Source: Candidatus Krumholzibacteriia bacterium
GTDB lineage: Bacteria > Krumholzibacteriota > Krumholzibacteriia > LZORAL124-64-63
Length of the DNA stretch: 64,000 nt
NCBI GenBank assembly: GCA_050174015.1
Contig: JBFXKG010000002.1
Span: 192,001-256,000, forward strand
Reading direction: 5' to 3'
Within the stretch, counting starts at the first letter, position 1, and every line of letters starts with the position of its first letter. The notes beneath the pieces are model-generated. The model searched no databases and was not told where the DNA came from. It worked only from the letters and a program-made list of their open reading frames with translations. Positions 29,952-40,244 of the stretch are shown here, one piece after another. Both the position numbers and the translations under genes were made by a program.

Positions 29952-31208
29952 GTGCTCCGTCGCTCTTTCCTCCTGTCCGTCCTGCTGGCCCTGGCGGCCG
30001 GGGCCCACGCCCAGGATGCCGTCTATCGCCCCAGGAACGAGTACCCGGTCCTGGACGAGATGACCGCCGCCCGCAAGGCCGGCCAGGCGGTCTTGGATTC
30101 CCTCCGGGCGGCGGTGGACGCCCGTTATGCCGCCGAGGCCGAGGCGCGCAAGGACGCCGCCCGCGACCTGCGCATCGACTGGTCGGGGATCGAGGCGCCG
30201 CGCGTCCCCGCCGAATTCGCCACCCTCTGGCACAATCCCCCGGTCCCGCAGTACTACACGGGGACGTGCTGGGCCTTCGGTTCGGTATCCCTGCTCGAGA
30301 GCGAGGCCAGACGGCTGGGCGGCGTCGAGGTGAAGCTGTCGGAGATGTGGATCGTCTACTGGGAGTACGTGGAGAAGGCCCGCAGCCACCTGCAGGAATT
30401 CGGGCACACGCCCGTCGAGGAGGGAGGCCAGGACCACGGCACCCTGGAGATCGCCGCGAAGTACGGGGTGGTCACCCACGAAGCGTATCCCGGGGTCGTG
30501 GCGGCCGACGGGCGGCACGACCATCGCGATCTCATCGCCGAGCTGAAGGGCTACCTGGAGTTCGCCCTGGAGGTCGGGATCACCGACCTGGACCGCAACC
30601 TCCAGGTCGTGCGGGGCATCCTGGACGCCCACCTGGGACCCGTCCCCGCGAAGGTCGTCTGGCAGGGGACCGAATACGCTCCGGTGGCGTTCCTGCAGGA
30701 CGTCCTGAAGATCGATCCGGCGGCCTACGTGTCCTGCGTCTCGAGGATGGACACCCCCTTCGGGGAGCGGGTGCTGCTGGACGTCCAGGACAACTGGCGC
30801 CGGAAGGACGACTACCTGAACCTGCCGCTGGACGATTTCTCCAGGGTCATCAAGGACGCCCTGAAGAACGGCTTCACCGTGGCCATCGGCGGGGACAACA
30901 GCGAGCCGGGCATGGACGGCCTGTATGACAAGGCCGTCATCCCCGAATGGGACATCCCCTCGCAGTTCATCGACCAGGCCAGCCGGGAGTTCCGCATCGT
31001 GAACCGGACCACCGGCGACGATCACGGGGTCCACCTCGTGGGGTTCAAGCGGCTGGGCGGCCGGGACTGGTACCTGGTGAAGGATTCCAACCGCAGCAGC
31101 CGCCTCGGCGAGCACAAGGGCTACTACTTCTGGGACGGGGACTACATCAAGCTGAAGATGCTGAGCTTCACCGTCCACCGCGACGCCCTCGGCAAGCTGT
31201 TGCGCTGA
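29952..31208 (+). CDS. Secreted C1 (papain/PepC-like) cysteine peptidase
   Basis: Signal peptide; QYYTGTCWAF, LSEM, DDHGVHLVG, VKDS. Confidence 0.87.
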   Translation: MLRRSFLLSVLLALAAGAHAQDAVYRPRNEYPVLDEMTAARKAGQAVLDSLRAAVDARYAAEAEARKDAARDLRIDWSGIEAPRVPAEFATLWHNPPVPQYYTGTCWAFGSVSLLESEARRLGGVEVKLSEMWIVYWEYVEKARSHLQEFGHTPVEEGGQDHGTLEIAAKYGVVTHEAYPGVVAADGRHDHRDLIAELKGYLEFALEVGITDLDRNLQVVRGILDAHLGPVPAKVVWQGTEYAPVAFLQDVLKIDPAAYVSCVSRMDTPFGERVLLDVQDNWRRKDDYLNLPLDDFSRVIKDALKNGFTVAIGGDNSEPGMDGLYDKAVIPEWDIPSQFIDQASREFRIVNRTTGDDHGVHLVGFKRLGGRDWYLVKDSNRSSRLGEHKGYYFWDGDYIKLKMLSFTVHRDALGKLLR

Positions 31209-31291
31209 CCCGCCGGGTCGGGAACATTCGAAGGGGACCGGGCGTATCAATCTCCTGGTCCCTTTTTCACCTCGATTCCCGGGAGGGTCCG

Positions 31292-31990
31292 ATGTCCGGC
31301 AAGATCCGCGTGGTCTGGCAACGCTTCTCGCGCAGCTGGCTGTTCAGCATGGCCCTCATGGGGCTGGCGGTCTTCTCCTTCCGCTCGGCGGTCGCCGACT
31401 GGAACGACGTGCCCACCGGCTCGATGCAGCCGACCATCCTCATCGGCGACAGGATCACGGTGAACAAGCTGGCCTACGACCTGCACGTCCCCTTCACGAA
31501 GTTTTCCCTGCTTTCCTGGGACGATCCCGGCCGCGGCGACATCGTCACCTGCTGGTCGCCCGCCGACGGGGCCCGCCTGGTGAAACGGGTGGTCGGGCTG
31601 CCCGGCGACACCATCGCCATGCAGGGCGGGCGGCTGATCATCAACGGCCGGCCGGTCGCCTACCGCAGGATCGACCCGCCCGCCGCCGCGGCCGCCATGG
31701 GGGAGGAAGCGGCGGGCAAGATCTTCCTCGAGGAGGACCTGCCGGGCTGCAGCCACGTGGTGGCTTGGCAGGAGAGCGGAGGGTCAGCCCGCGACTTCGG
31801 CCCCGTGACCGTGCCGGCGGACAGCTACCTCATGCTCGGGGACAACCGGGACTTCAGCGCGGATTCCCGCTACTTCGGCTTCGTGCCGCGGCGGGACGTC
31901 TGCGGCAAGGCGTTCGGGGTGGCGTTCTCCCTGGATCGCGGGAACCACTGGGCGCCGCGGTGGTGGCGCGTGGCCGAGCGCCTGATCTGA
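31292..31990 (+). CDS. lepB: Signal peptidase I
   Basis: VPTGSM-x-PT, GD-x-x-x-VNK, VKRVVGLPGD, GDNRD-x-S-x-DSRYFG. Confidence 0.93.
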   Translation: MSGKIRVVWQRFSRSWLFSMALMGLAVFSFRSAVADWNDVPTGSMQPTILIGDRITVNKLAYDLHVPFTKFSLLSWDDPGRGDIVTCWSPADGARLVKRVVGLPGDTIAMQGGRLIINGRPVAYRRIDPPAAAAAMGEEAAGKIFLEEDLPGCSHVVAWQESGGSARDFGPVTVPADSYLMLGDNRDFSADSRYFGFVPRRDVCGKAFGVAFSLDRGNHWAPRWWRVAERLI

Positions 31991-31991
31991 G

Positions 31992-33548
31992 TCACCGCAC
32001 CAGCGGCCGGGAAAGGCCCTTCCGCTGGAAGAGGTTCAGGACCTTGCCCCCGGCGACCGGGATCCACACCTGCTCGTAGTTCCGCTGGAACGCCTCGTGG
32101 CGGACGATGTCGAGTTCGCGGTCCAGGGGCGGGATGAGGCCGGTGCGGGGCGCGGCGGTGATGTCGACATTGCCGATCAGGATGTAATCGGGGCGCCGGA
32201 GCAGGACCAGCGCCCCGTCGGTCTTCTCGTGGCCGGCGTAGCCGTGGGTGAAGACGACGTCCAGGTGGGCGATTTCCGGATCGACGAGGCCGTAGAAGTC
32301 GTAGCACACCGCCCCGGTCTTCCACGGGATGTAGCCGGCGGGTCCCAGGGCGATGGTCGCTCCGTCTGGCAGCAGCTCCGCCAGGGCGTCTCCGGCCAGG
32401 AACCATCCGCCCAGGTTGGCCTCGCTCATGTGGGCGGCGACCAGGCGCCGCTCCCTGCCCCAGATCGAGCCCGGCAGCAGGGCGAGCCCGAAGATCACCG
32501 CGACGGTCAGGGCGCTGCGCGGCCCGGAGAACCAGCCGGTGGAGGTGGCGACGGCAACGCTCAGGGCGATCAGGATGGGCAGGACGGGGACGTAGAAGCG
32601 GAACATCCCCAGCATGTCCCCGCCGATGGCGGTCACGTAGGTGGACCACACCAGGACAACGCCCGCACTCAGCAGGAAGTCCCGGCGTCCCCGGGAGGGG
32701 ACCTCGCCCCGGACGATCCCCGCGACGACCAGGACGATCAGGGCCGGACCGTAGACCCGCAGGAAGGACAGGGTGTAGGGGAGGCCCGTCCTCAGCTGGC
32801 CGGCCAGATCCCCGGTCTTGGCGTAATAGGTGTTCGGCAACCACCAGCCGTAGGTGGCGTGGCGCCAGAGGAAGAACGCCGCGGTGCCCAGCGCCAGGAT
32901 GGCCGGCCCCACCCAGGTGACCGGTCGCCGCAGGGGAGAGACCGCGGGCCTCAGGCCTGCCCCCGGCAGCAGGGACCACGCCAGGAAGATCCCCGCCAGG
33001 GCGGGGCCTTCGGGCCTGGTCAAAACCATCAGCAATCCGGCCAGGCCCGCGGGCAGCGGCCGGCGATCGAGCGCCGAACGCCAGGCCAGGACCGCCAGGA
33101 AGGTGAACAGGGGCGTTTCGAGGCCTGCGAGCATCCAGCAGCCGACCGCGCCCGTGGCGGCCGTCAGGAGCTGGGCCGCGCGGCCTGACCAGGGAGTGCG
33201 GTAGGTGTGGTCGGGCGCCAGGCGTCTGACGCAGCCGGGCAGCAGGACCAGCATCATCCCCGTGAAGAAGACGCCCAGGAGCCGGGCCCAGAGCAGGGGC
33301 TCGATCCCCAGTTCCAGCCCGCCCGCGAGCAGCAGGACCCACAGCAGGTTGCTGTAGCCCTCGACCGCTTCGCCGGGATTGAAGACCAGGCCGTGCCCGG
33401 CCACGAGATTGGCGGCGTAGCGCAGGGAGATGTAGGCGTCGTCGACGACGAAGCGGAAGGCCAGCCCATGGATCACGGCCAGGAGCAGGGGCGCCACGGT
33501 CCAGGCCAGGATGGAGCGGCGATGAGCCGAGAAGACCCCACCGCTCAT
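31992..33548 (-). CDS. GT-C fold membrane glycosyltransferase (DDAYI type)
   Basis: DDAYISLRYA-x-N, GEAVEGYSN, GLET, TRPEG, PNTYYAK; many TM helices. Confidence 0.8.
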   Translation of the reverse strand: MSGGVFSAHRRSILAWTVAPLLLAVIHGLAFRFVVDDAYISLRYAANLVAGHGLVFNPGEAVEGYSNLLWVLLLAGGLELGIEPLLWARLLGVFFTGMMLVLLPGCVRRLAPDHTYRTPWSGRAAQLLTAATGAVGCWMLAGLETPLFTFLAVLAWRSALDRRPLPAGLAGLLMVLTRPEGPALAGIFLAWSLLPGAGLRPAVSPLRRPVTWVGPAILALGTAAFFLWRHATYGWWLPNTYYAKTGDLAGQLRTGLPYTLSFLRVYGPALIVLVVAGIVRGEVPSRGRRDFLLSAGVVLVWSTYVTAIGGDMLGMFRFYVPVLPILIALSVAVATSTGWFSGPRSALTVAVIFGLALLPGSIWGRERRLVAAHMSEANLGGWFLAGDALAELLPDGATIALGPAGYIPWKTGAVCYDFYGLVDPEIAHLDVVFTHGYAGHEKTDGALVLLRRPDYILIGNVDITAAPRTGLIPPLDRELDIVRHEAFQRNYEQVWIPVAGGKVLNLFQRKGLSRPLVR

Positions 33549-34714
33549 GCCGGCTCCCCGGGATCGCCCTCGAATTCCTGGACGTCGACGAGTCGGCGTC
33601 TCAGCTCGGCGATCATCGCGCCGGCGGGAACCACCAGTTCCTGGTTCAGCGTCCCGCGGCGGGTGACCTCCCCCGCCGCCAGCATCCGGGCGATGATGGC
33701 GGCAGGATAACCCGTCATGCGCATCATGGAGCTGATCCCGTTCTCCTGATCGGCGTGGTCGATGATGCGGATGGAACGGCGCACCGCGCGGCCGCCCTGG
33801 TCCCAGCCCTCGGCCTCCGCCAGCAGCAGGACGACGTCCGGCCCGGGAAGGTCCAGTTTCTCCTGCATCACCGCCGCCAGCATCTCGCGGGGCGACACCG
33901 CCCCGCCGGCGAAGTCGCGCGGTCCTGCGTCGCACAGGCCGAGCTCGTTCAGCAGCCGGAACTGGGCGCAGTGGCCCTTGTAGCGGATGGTCTTGTAGTC
34001 GAGGTTCTCGACCCTGCCCTCGAGGGTCTGCGGCAGGGTGGAGATGCCGCCGCTGGTCTGGAAGGCCTCCAGCTCGCCGAAGGGTTCGGGGAAGCGGAGC
34101 GTCTCCAGTTCGGTCAGGGAGGGGATGGTCCGGATGCGGCCGTCCCGGATGACCAGGGCCGGCTCGACGTACTCGTTGATCAGTCCCTGGACCGAAAACA
34201 CCACCTTGTAGTTCATGGGCGGCAGGGGCCGGGCGGGCAGGCCGCCGACCCTCAGCTTGAGGCTGCGGCACCGCTCGAGACCCGTCGCCAGGTGGTAGCC
34301 CAGGATGCCGGCCAGGCCCGGGGCCAGGCCGCAGTCGGGGACCACGGCGACGCCCCGGTCGCGGGCTTCGTCCGACCGGGCGAACTCCCTGGCCACCACG
34401 TCGTTGTTCCCGCCGAGGTCCAGGAAGTGGGCCCCGGCCGCGATGGCCAGACCCGCCAGGTCGTCGTTGTACCAGTAGTTCACGGCGCTCAGGGCGACGT
34501 CGGCTCCGGCCAGCAGGGGGGCCGCGAGGGCCGGGTCGCGCACGTCGCCGGCCACGGTGGTCAGGCGCGGATCGTCCAGCTTGGCGGACAGGGCCGCCAG
34601 GGCCTCGGGGTTGGCGTCCACGGCCGTCACGGCAGTCGTGCCCCGGGCGTGTTTCAGCAGATCGAAGGCCATGGCGGTGCCCTGGAGACCGGCGCCGAAC
34701 AGGACGTATTTCAC
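33545..34714 (-). CDS. Saccharopine dehydrogenase / lysine 6-dehydrogenase family oxidoreductase
   Basis: GAGLQG Rossmann motif, DLGGN, DCGLAPG, VGGLP, GLINEY, YKTIRY-x-GH, M-x-RMTG; GTG start after GAAAGGA. Confidence 0.88.
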   Translation of the reverse strand: MKYVLFGAGLQGTAMAFDLLKHARGTTAVTAVDANPEALAALSAKLDDPRLTTVAGDVRDPALAAPLLAGADVALSAVNYWYNDDLAGLAIAAGAHFLDLGGNNDVVAREFARSDEARDRGVAVVPDCGLAPGLAGILGYHLATGLERCRSLKLRVGGLPARPLPPMNYKVVFSVQGLINEYVEPALVIRDGRIRTIPSLTELETLRFPEPFGELEAFQTSGGISTLPQTLEGRVENLDYKTIRYKGHCAQFRLLNELGLCDAGPRDFAGGAVSPREMLAAVMQEKLDLPGPDVVLLLAEAEGWDQGGRAVRRSIRIIDHADQENGISSMMRMTGYPAAIIARMLAAGEVTRRGTLNQELVVPAGAMIAELRRRLVDVQEFEGDPGEPA

Positions 34715-34824
34715 GGTGGCATTCCTTTCACTGACGGAGGCGCGCCCGGGGGCGACCGGCCCGAAACCCGGACCCAGGGGCAGGATAGCGCGGATCGCTC
34801 CCCCGGTCATCCGGCAATCGCCGC

Positions 34825-34857
34825 CCAACGAACCTTTGACACCAACGAACCTTTGAC
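34825..34857 (+). repeat. Perfect 16-bp tandem direct repeat overlapping a -35 element
   Basis: CCAACGAACCTTTGAC at 34825-34840 and 34842-34857; TTGACC-17-TAATAT (34853-34881). Confidence 0.85.
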
Positions 34858-34922
34858 CTGGCAACCGGTGGCCGCTAATATCCACCGGTCGCGTCAACGA
34901 CCCATTTTCCCGAGGAGCTCCC

Positions 34923-35807
34923 ATGGACGCCAGACTGCTGCAGCAGAATCTCCTGGAGCTGATCCGCCGCACGTCGGCGGAACTGCCCGCCGACGTCATC
35001 GGCGCCATCGACAAGGGGTGGCGCAACGAAGCCAAGGACAGCAACGGAAAGTACGCCATGGGGGTGATCAGGGACAACATCCGGCTGGCCCGGGAGAAGT
35101 CCCAGCCCCTGTGCCAGGACACCGGGACCATCATCTGCTACGCCGACCTGCCCGACTGGTGCGACGAGTGGACCTTCGTGAAGGCCTACGAGAAGGCCGT
35201 GGTCCAGGCCACCAAGGTCGGCTACCTGAGGCAGAACTCCGTGGATTCCCTCACCGGGAAGAACAGCGGCACCAACCTCGGTCCCGGCAGCCCCTCCTTC
35301 CACCTGCACCGGACCAGGGGCAAGTCCCTGACGGTCAGGATGATGCTCAAGGGCGGAGGCTGCGAGAACACCAGCTGCCAGTACAGCCTGCCGGACACCC
35401 GCCTCGGCGCCGGCCGGGACCTGGAAGGGGTCCGCAAGTGCCTGCTGGACGCCGTCCACCAGGCCCAGGGCAAGGGTTGCGGGCCGGGCATCCTGGGCGT
35501 CTGCGTCGGCGGGGACCGGGGGACCGGGTACGTCGCGGCCAAGGAGACCCTGTTCCGCAAGCTGGACGACAGGAACGACGATCCCGAGCTGGCCAGGCTC
35601 GAGGCCCGGGTCATGAAGGAGGGCAACAGCCTCGGCATCGGCCCCATGGGGTTCGGAGGTTCGACGACCGTCCTGGGGGTGAAGGTCACCCACCGGAACC
35701 GGCTGCCGGCCTCGTTCTTCGTTTCCATCGCCTACATGTGCTGGGCGTTCCGGCGCAACGGCATCGTCCTCAGCGAGGGCGGGAAGATCACCCGCTGGCT
35801 CTACTAA
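34923..35807 (+). CDS. Class I fumarate hydratase / tartrate dehydratase, alpha subunit
   Basis: PLCQDTG, LRQNSV, KGGGCEN, GCGPG, GIGPMG-x-GG, MCWA. Confidence 0.92.
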   Translation: MDARLLQQNLLELIRRTSAELPADVIGAIDKGWRNEAKDSNGKYAMGVIRDNIRLAREKSQPLCQDTGTIICYADLPDWCDEWTFVKAYEKAVVQATKVGYLRQNSVDSLTGKNSGTNLGPGSPSFHLHRTRGKSLTVRMMLKGGGCENTSCQYSLPDTRLGAGRDLEGVRKCLLDAVHQAQGKGCGPGILGVCVGGDRGTGYVAAKETLFRKLDDRNDDPELARLEARVMKEGNSLGIGPMGFGGSTTVLGVKVTHRNRLPASFFVSIAYMCWAFRRNGIVLSEGGKITRWLY

Positions 35808-35825
35808 CCCGAAGGAGGCTGGATC

Positions 35826-36389
35826 ATGCTGCTCGAAGCACCGTTCACGGAAGAGAAGATCCGCGCCCTGAAGGTGGGGGACAGGGTGGAGATCACCGGT
35901 CTGATCTACACCGGCCGCGACGCCGTCCACAAGTACCTGCACGACGGCGGCAAGCCGCCCGTGGATCTCAAGGACAGCATCATCTACCACTGCGGACCGG
36001 TGGTGGTGAAGGAGAACGGCAAGTGGGTGGTCAAGGCGGCCGGGCCAACCACCAGCATCCGCGAAGAACCCTATCAGGGTCCCCTGATGGAGCAATTCGG
36101 GATCCGCGGGGTCATCGGCAAGGGCGGGATGGGGCCCAAGACCCTCGAATACTGCCGGAAGGTGGGCGCGGTCTACTTCCACGCCATCGGGGGGGCCGCC
36201 CAGGTCCTCGCCGAACGGGTCGTCGACGTGCCCGGGGTCCACATGGCCGAGCAGTTCGGATCTCCGGAGGCCATCTGGGAATTCCAGGTCGAGCGGTTCC
36301 CCGTCGTGGTGACCATGGATTCCCACGGCAATTCCCTGCACGCGCAGATCCAGACCGAATCGCAGAAGCGGTTGGGCGGCATGCTGTAG
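35826..36389 (+). CDS. Class I fumarate hydratase, beta subunit
   Basis: L-x-VGD, TGRDA-x-H, YHCGP, GPTTS-x-R, IGKGG, D-x-HGNSL. Confidence 0.92.
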   Translation: MLLEAPFTEEKIRALKVGDRVEITGLIYTGRDAVHKYLHDGGKPPVDLKDSIIYHCGPVVVKENGKWVVKAAGPTTSIREEPYQGPLMEQFGIRGVIGKGGMGPKTLEYCRKVGAVYFHAIGGAAQVLAERVVDVPGVHMAEQFGSPEAIWEFQVERFPVVVTMDSHGNSLHAQIQTESQKRLGGML

Positions 36390-36422
36390 TCGACACCGAA
36401 CCGGACGCCCGGGAGGCAAGGC

Positions 36423-37691
36423 TTGGAATACGGACACCACGGCGACGACCAGACCGTCGATCTGGCGGGCATCCTGAACATCCTGTGGAGGCGGCGCTGG
36501 CTGGTCCTGTTGCCGCCCCTGCTGGGGCTGGCCGCCGGGCTCCTCTACGGAAAGTTCGGCACCAAGCGCTGGGAAGCCTACGCCACCATCCGGCCGGGCA
36601 TCACCGCCTACGATCCCAGCGGCGGGCCCGTCCGGCAATGGCAGCTCAAGGACATCACCCGCTGGTACGAGCAGGAACTCTACCGCAAGGATCTGGTCGC
36701 CCGCCTCGGATTGCCGGAAAGCGAGCGTCCGGTCATCACGGCCGAGTTCATCGCCCAGGGATTGACCAACCTGCAGGGCGGCGAGGTGATCACCCTGTGG
36801 ACGACGGCCACGAGCCCCGCCCTGGCGGCCTCCCTGCTCGACAGCTCCATCACCCTCTTCAACGCCTACGCCGAGTCCGATTCGGTGAGCAGCCAGATCA
36901 AGCTGACCAGGGACGGACTGCGCCTGAACATCCTCGAACTGGAGAACCAGCTCCTGGAGATCGACCGTCTCGAAGGGAATCTGGAACTGAGGTTCCAGGC
37001 CGCCCGCGCCGAATCCCTCATGGTTGCGGAGCAGGCGCGCGAGATCGGTTTCGACATCGAATACCAGAAACGCCAGAAGTCCTATTACCTTGACCGGGCC
37101 GGGAACGAGGAGGGGTCCGCCTCGGGCTACGAGGCGGAGCTGGATCGTCTGGACGGTGTCATGGCCCAGGTGGCCTCGTCCGATCCCGGGTCCCGGGACG
37201 AGGTTCCTGGCTGGGTCCGGCGCGACGCCGTTCTCGACGGCGGGGACGTTCTTCAGAGCCTGGCCCAGGCTCGGGTCGATCTCATGCAGGCGCTTGGCGA
37301 CGCCAGGGCTGCGGCCGACAGCATGGCCCTGGAGGCCGACCTGGCCGACATCAGGGTCGGGCGCCTGGAACTCAAGCGCCGGGTGACGGTCGCAGCGAAG
37401 GTGCGCGAGGTCGAGGAGAAGATGGGGCAGGCCTACCTGGAGAAGACCATCGGCATCCCCGCCCAGCGGCGGGGCGTGGAACTCGAGATTTCGGCCCGCA
37501 AGAGCAAATTGAGCCTCCTGTCTCCCCTGCAGAAGGTCGGCGGGACCGTGGTGTCGGACAAGCCCGTCAGACCGAGGCCGCTCCGGGCCATCCTGATCCT
37601 TGTGGTCCTGGGCGGGTTCGGCGGCTTCGTCCTGGCCTTCGTCTGGGATTACCTGGCGCGCAACCGGAGCCGGATCTTTCAGTCGGCCTGA
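36423..37691 (+). CDS. Wzz/polysaccharide co-polymerase-like protein
   Basis: VDL-x-x-IL-x-x-LWRRRW, N-terminal TM, long coiled coil, PVRPR + C-terminal Gly-rich TM. Confidence 0.8.
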   Translation: MEYGHHGDDQTVDLAGILNILWRRRWLVLLPPLLGLAAGLLYGKFGTKRWEAYATIRPGITAYDPSGGPVRQWQLKDITRWYEQELYRKDLVARLGLPESERPVITAEFIAQGLTNLQGGEVITLWTTATSPALAASLLDSSITLFNAYAESDSVSSQIKLTRDGLRLNILELENQLLEIDRLEGNLELRFQAARAESLMVAEQAREIGFDIEYQKRQKSYYLDRAGNEEGSASGYEAELDRLDGVMAQVASSDPGSRDEVPGWVRRDAVLDGGDVLQSLAQARVDLMQALGDARAAADSMALEADLADIRVGRLELKRRVTVAAKVREVEEKMGQAYLEKTIGIPAQRRGVELEISARKSKLSLLSPLQKVGGTVVSDKPVRPRPLRAILILVVLGGFGGFVLAFVWDYLARNRSRIFQSA

Positions 37692-38959
37692 CCTGCGGGC
37701 AGCGTCCCGGCCCGCGGCGGCCCCTCCGCCGCCGGCCGGGGCGCCCAGATCAGCGCGGTGACGAACCAGGCCACGAGGATGATGAAGGTCGGATTGTTCA
37801 GGTGTTCCTCGAACATGGCCAGCCCCCCGAAATGAAACGCCAGCAACGCAGGCAGCAGGCCCGGATGCGCCGGGCCGTGCCTGGCTCGCGAGACGGCCCG
37901 GCCGACTCCCAGGACCATCAGCAGGGCGAACGGCAGGCCGTAGACCAGCCCGGCCTGGAGGAAGGCGTTGTGGGTGGCCGACTGCGTGGTCCGGTCCGCC
38001 AGCTCCAGGGCTCCGTTCTTCACGCCGTGGCCCCAGGGCACCGTCACCGTCAGGTACGCCGAACCCAGGTTGCTGTCGAAGCGCTCCCGGGCGTTGGTGC
38101 TGATGGCCTGCTGGTCGGTCCAGCGGCTCCAGCCGCCGGGGGGCCCCACCATGACCAGGACCGGAACCACGAGCACCAGGACCACGCCCAGGGCGGCCAG
38201 GATGCGGTCGAGGCGTCTGGCGGTCAGCATGGCGAAGGCGAGGGTCGCGGCGGTGATGACCAGCGGGCTGCGCGTGCTGGCCAGGTGCAGGCCGATCATC
38301 AGGGCCCCGAGGGACACCAGGACCCACAGGGCGCCCGCCCGGCCCTTGAGGTAGAGGTACATCGCCGCGGGAATGATGAGGCTCATGACGGCGCTGCTGG
38401 CCCCGTGATGGCCGTGCAGGCCGGGCAGGCGCAGGGCCAGTCCCGTCGTGTAGTAGTAGATGGCGCTGTCGGAGGAAAGCCCGGCCCAGCGCAGGTAGCC
38501 CTCCAGGCCGACGGCCTGCAGCATGATCACCCCGACGTTGACGCCGCACCCGATGACCAGGCCCCGGGCCAGCCCGATGGCGTGGTCCTCGCGCCGGAGG
38601 ATCTCCTGGAGGGTCAGGGCCCAGGGAATCGCCAGGAGCCAGCGGCCGGACTGGACGATGGTGGCCTGGTCCTCCATGAAGAAGGCGGGCACGATCCAGG
38701 CGAGGGGGAACGCGAGGGCGAAGATCGCGAAGGCCAGGGGCAGCACGGGCTGGCGGCCGGTGGCCAAGCGGTAGATCACGCGCAGCCCCAGGGCGATTCC
38801 CAGCAGGTCGGTCAGGCGGGGCGATGCGTCCACGGGGGGCACCACGAACAGGTTCACCACCAGGAAGAATCCCGCCAGGAAGGGGAAGTGCTGCCCCAGG
38901 GAATGACGCAAGGCTACCGCCGGGTTGGTCGTTGGAGTTCCGGAACACGGAAGGGCCAT
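37679..38959 (-). CDS. O-antigen ligase/polymerase (Wzy-like) membrane protein
   Basis: Many TM helices, STRS, PWGHG, THNAFLQ; start uncertain. Confidence 0.72.
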   Translation of the reverse strand: MALPCSGTPTTNPAVALRHSLGQHFPFLAGFFLVVNLFVVPPVDASPRLTDLLGIALGLRVIYRLATGRQPVLPLAFAIFALAFPLAWIVPAFFMEDQATIVQSGRWLLAIPWALTLQEILRREDHAIGLARGLVIGCGVNVGVIMLQAVGLEGYLRWAGLSSDSAIYYYTTGLALRLPGLHGHHGASSAVMSLIIPAAMYLYLKGRAGALWVLVSLGALMIGLHLASTRSPLVITAATLAFAMLTARRLDRILAALGVVLVLVVPVLVMVGPPGGWSRWTDQQAISTNARERFDSNLGSAYLTVTVPWGHGVKNGALELADRTTQSATHNAFLQAGLVYGLPFALLMVLGVGRAVSRARHGPAHPGLLPALLAFHFGGLAMFEEHLNNPTFIILVAWFVTALIWAPRPAAEGPPRAGTLPAGQAD

Positions 38960-38978
38960 TATTCGCCCGCCCGCCGGA

Positions 38979-40244
38979 TCAGTCAAGCCGGGGCTGGAGA
39001 GCCGGATCCTGCGGGCTGCCGGCCACGGAACGGTAGATCTCTTCGAAGCGGCCGGCATGGCGGTCGGGGGTGAAGTTCCCCGCGCGCCGGCGGGCGGCCA
39101 GGCCGTGCTCCGCCAGCAGGGCCCGGTCCTCGACGTAGCGGGCCAGGGCGGCCAGCAGATCCTCGTCCCCGGGCTCGATGAGGAATCCCTCGCGGCCGTC
39201 CTCCACCAGCTCGGGGATGCCGCCGCGCCTGCTGGCGATGACCGCCGAGCCCCAGGCCAGGGCGTCCAGGACGGTCCGGGGGGAGTTGTCCTGGCAGGTC
39301 GAAGGCACGACGGCCAGGTGGGCCCCGGCCAGCAGGCCCCGCTTGGCCTCCCCGTCGACGTAACCGTGGAACCGGGCGCGGCCCTCGTGCCGCAAGCAGA
39401 ATTCCCGGACCCGGTCGGCGGCCGAGCCCCTGCCTGCGAAGTCGAATTCCAGATCGCCGAACCGATCCGAGGCGAAGGCCCGATCCAGGGCGGACAGCAG
39501 CAGATCGATGCCCTTGTGCGGCTCCAGCACGCCCAGGAAGAGGCCCCGCACCGGGCCGGTCAGCGGCCGGTCCGGCACGCGTCCGGGCAGGTCATCGATG
39601 GCGTTGGGGACGACCTCGGCGCGGGCGCGGGGAAAGCCTCCGGCCTGCAGGTGCCGGTCGAGATGGAACCGGGATGGGGCCGTCACCGCCCGGACCCGAT
39701 GGGTGGCCGCCAGCTTCAGCCGGGACAGGATGCGGCAGGGCAGGGGAGGGGCCAGGCAGTCGGCGCCGCTGGATCGCAGCAGGGTGTTGCGGGGGCACAG
39801 CAGGTGGAAGTCGTGCAGGGTGTGCACGACCGGGACGCCCAGGCCGGCGGCCGCTTCCCACAGGGCGGGCGTCTGGCCGACCAGGGAATTGGTGTGCAGC
39901 ACTTCGGGCTCGAGATCCCGCAGGAGGCCCAGGGCCAGCCGGCGCCAGCGGGGCGAATGGACCGCGGCGTAATGGTGCAGCCCCCGCACCAGGATGCCGG
40001 GACGCCGGTCGCCCAGGTCGATCAGGTCGTAGAGGCCGTGGGAATCCCCCTTGAACACGCGGCCCGCCCCGTCCACGTCCGGGGATTCGCTCAACTCGCC
40101 GCTCCGGCCGTGGCGGCCGCTGGTGCTGAGGATGTCGACACGGTGGCCCCGCTCCCGCAGGAGGCGGGCGAGGAGCATGGTGCATTGCTCGGCGCCGCCG
40201 ACCAGGTCGGGCCAGTAGAGGGAGTTCTGCAACAGGATCTTCAT
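38979..40244 (-). CDS. Glycosyltransferase family 4
   Basis: GGAE, HTLHD-x-x-x-x-CP, APS, HKG, VPS, GGIPELV. Confidence 0.9.
   Translation of the reverse strand: MKILLQNSLYWPDLVGGAEQCTMLLARLLRERGHRVDILSTSGRHGRSGELSESPDVDGAGRVFKGDSHGLYDLIDLGDRRPGILVRGLHHYAAVHSPRWRRLALGLLRDLEPEVLHTNSLVGQTPALWEAAAGLGVPVVHTLHDFHLLCPRNTLLRSSGADCLAPPLPCRILSRLKLAATHRVRAVTAPSRFHLDRHLQAGGFPRARAEVVPNAIDDLPGRVPDRPLTGPVRGLFLGVLEPHKGIDLLLSALDRAFASDRFGDLEFDFAGRGSAADRVREFCLRHEGRARFHGYVDGEAKRGLLAGAHLAVVPSTCQDNSPRTVLDALAWGSAVIASRRGGIPELVEDGREGFLIEPGDEDLLAALARYVEDRALLAEHGLAARRRAGNFTPDRHAGRFEEIYRSVAGSPQDPALQPRLD

Noticed and set aside
33755..38948. Very long ORFs 33755..37093 (+) and 34875..38948 (-), and similarly 50932..54255 and 55029..57812
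   Set aside because: Low-complexity Arg/Gly/Pro-rich or antisense translations overlapping well-supported genes, with no recognisable motifs.
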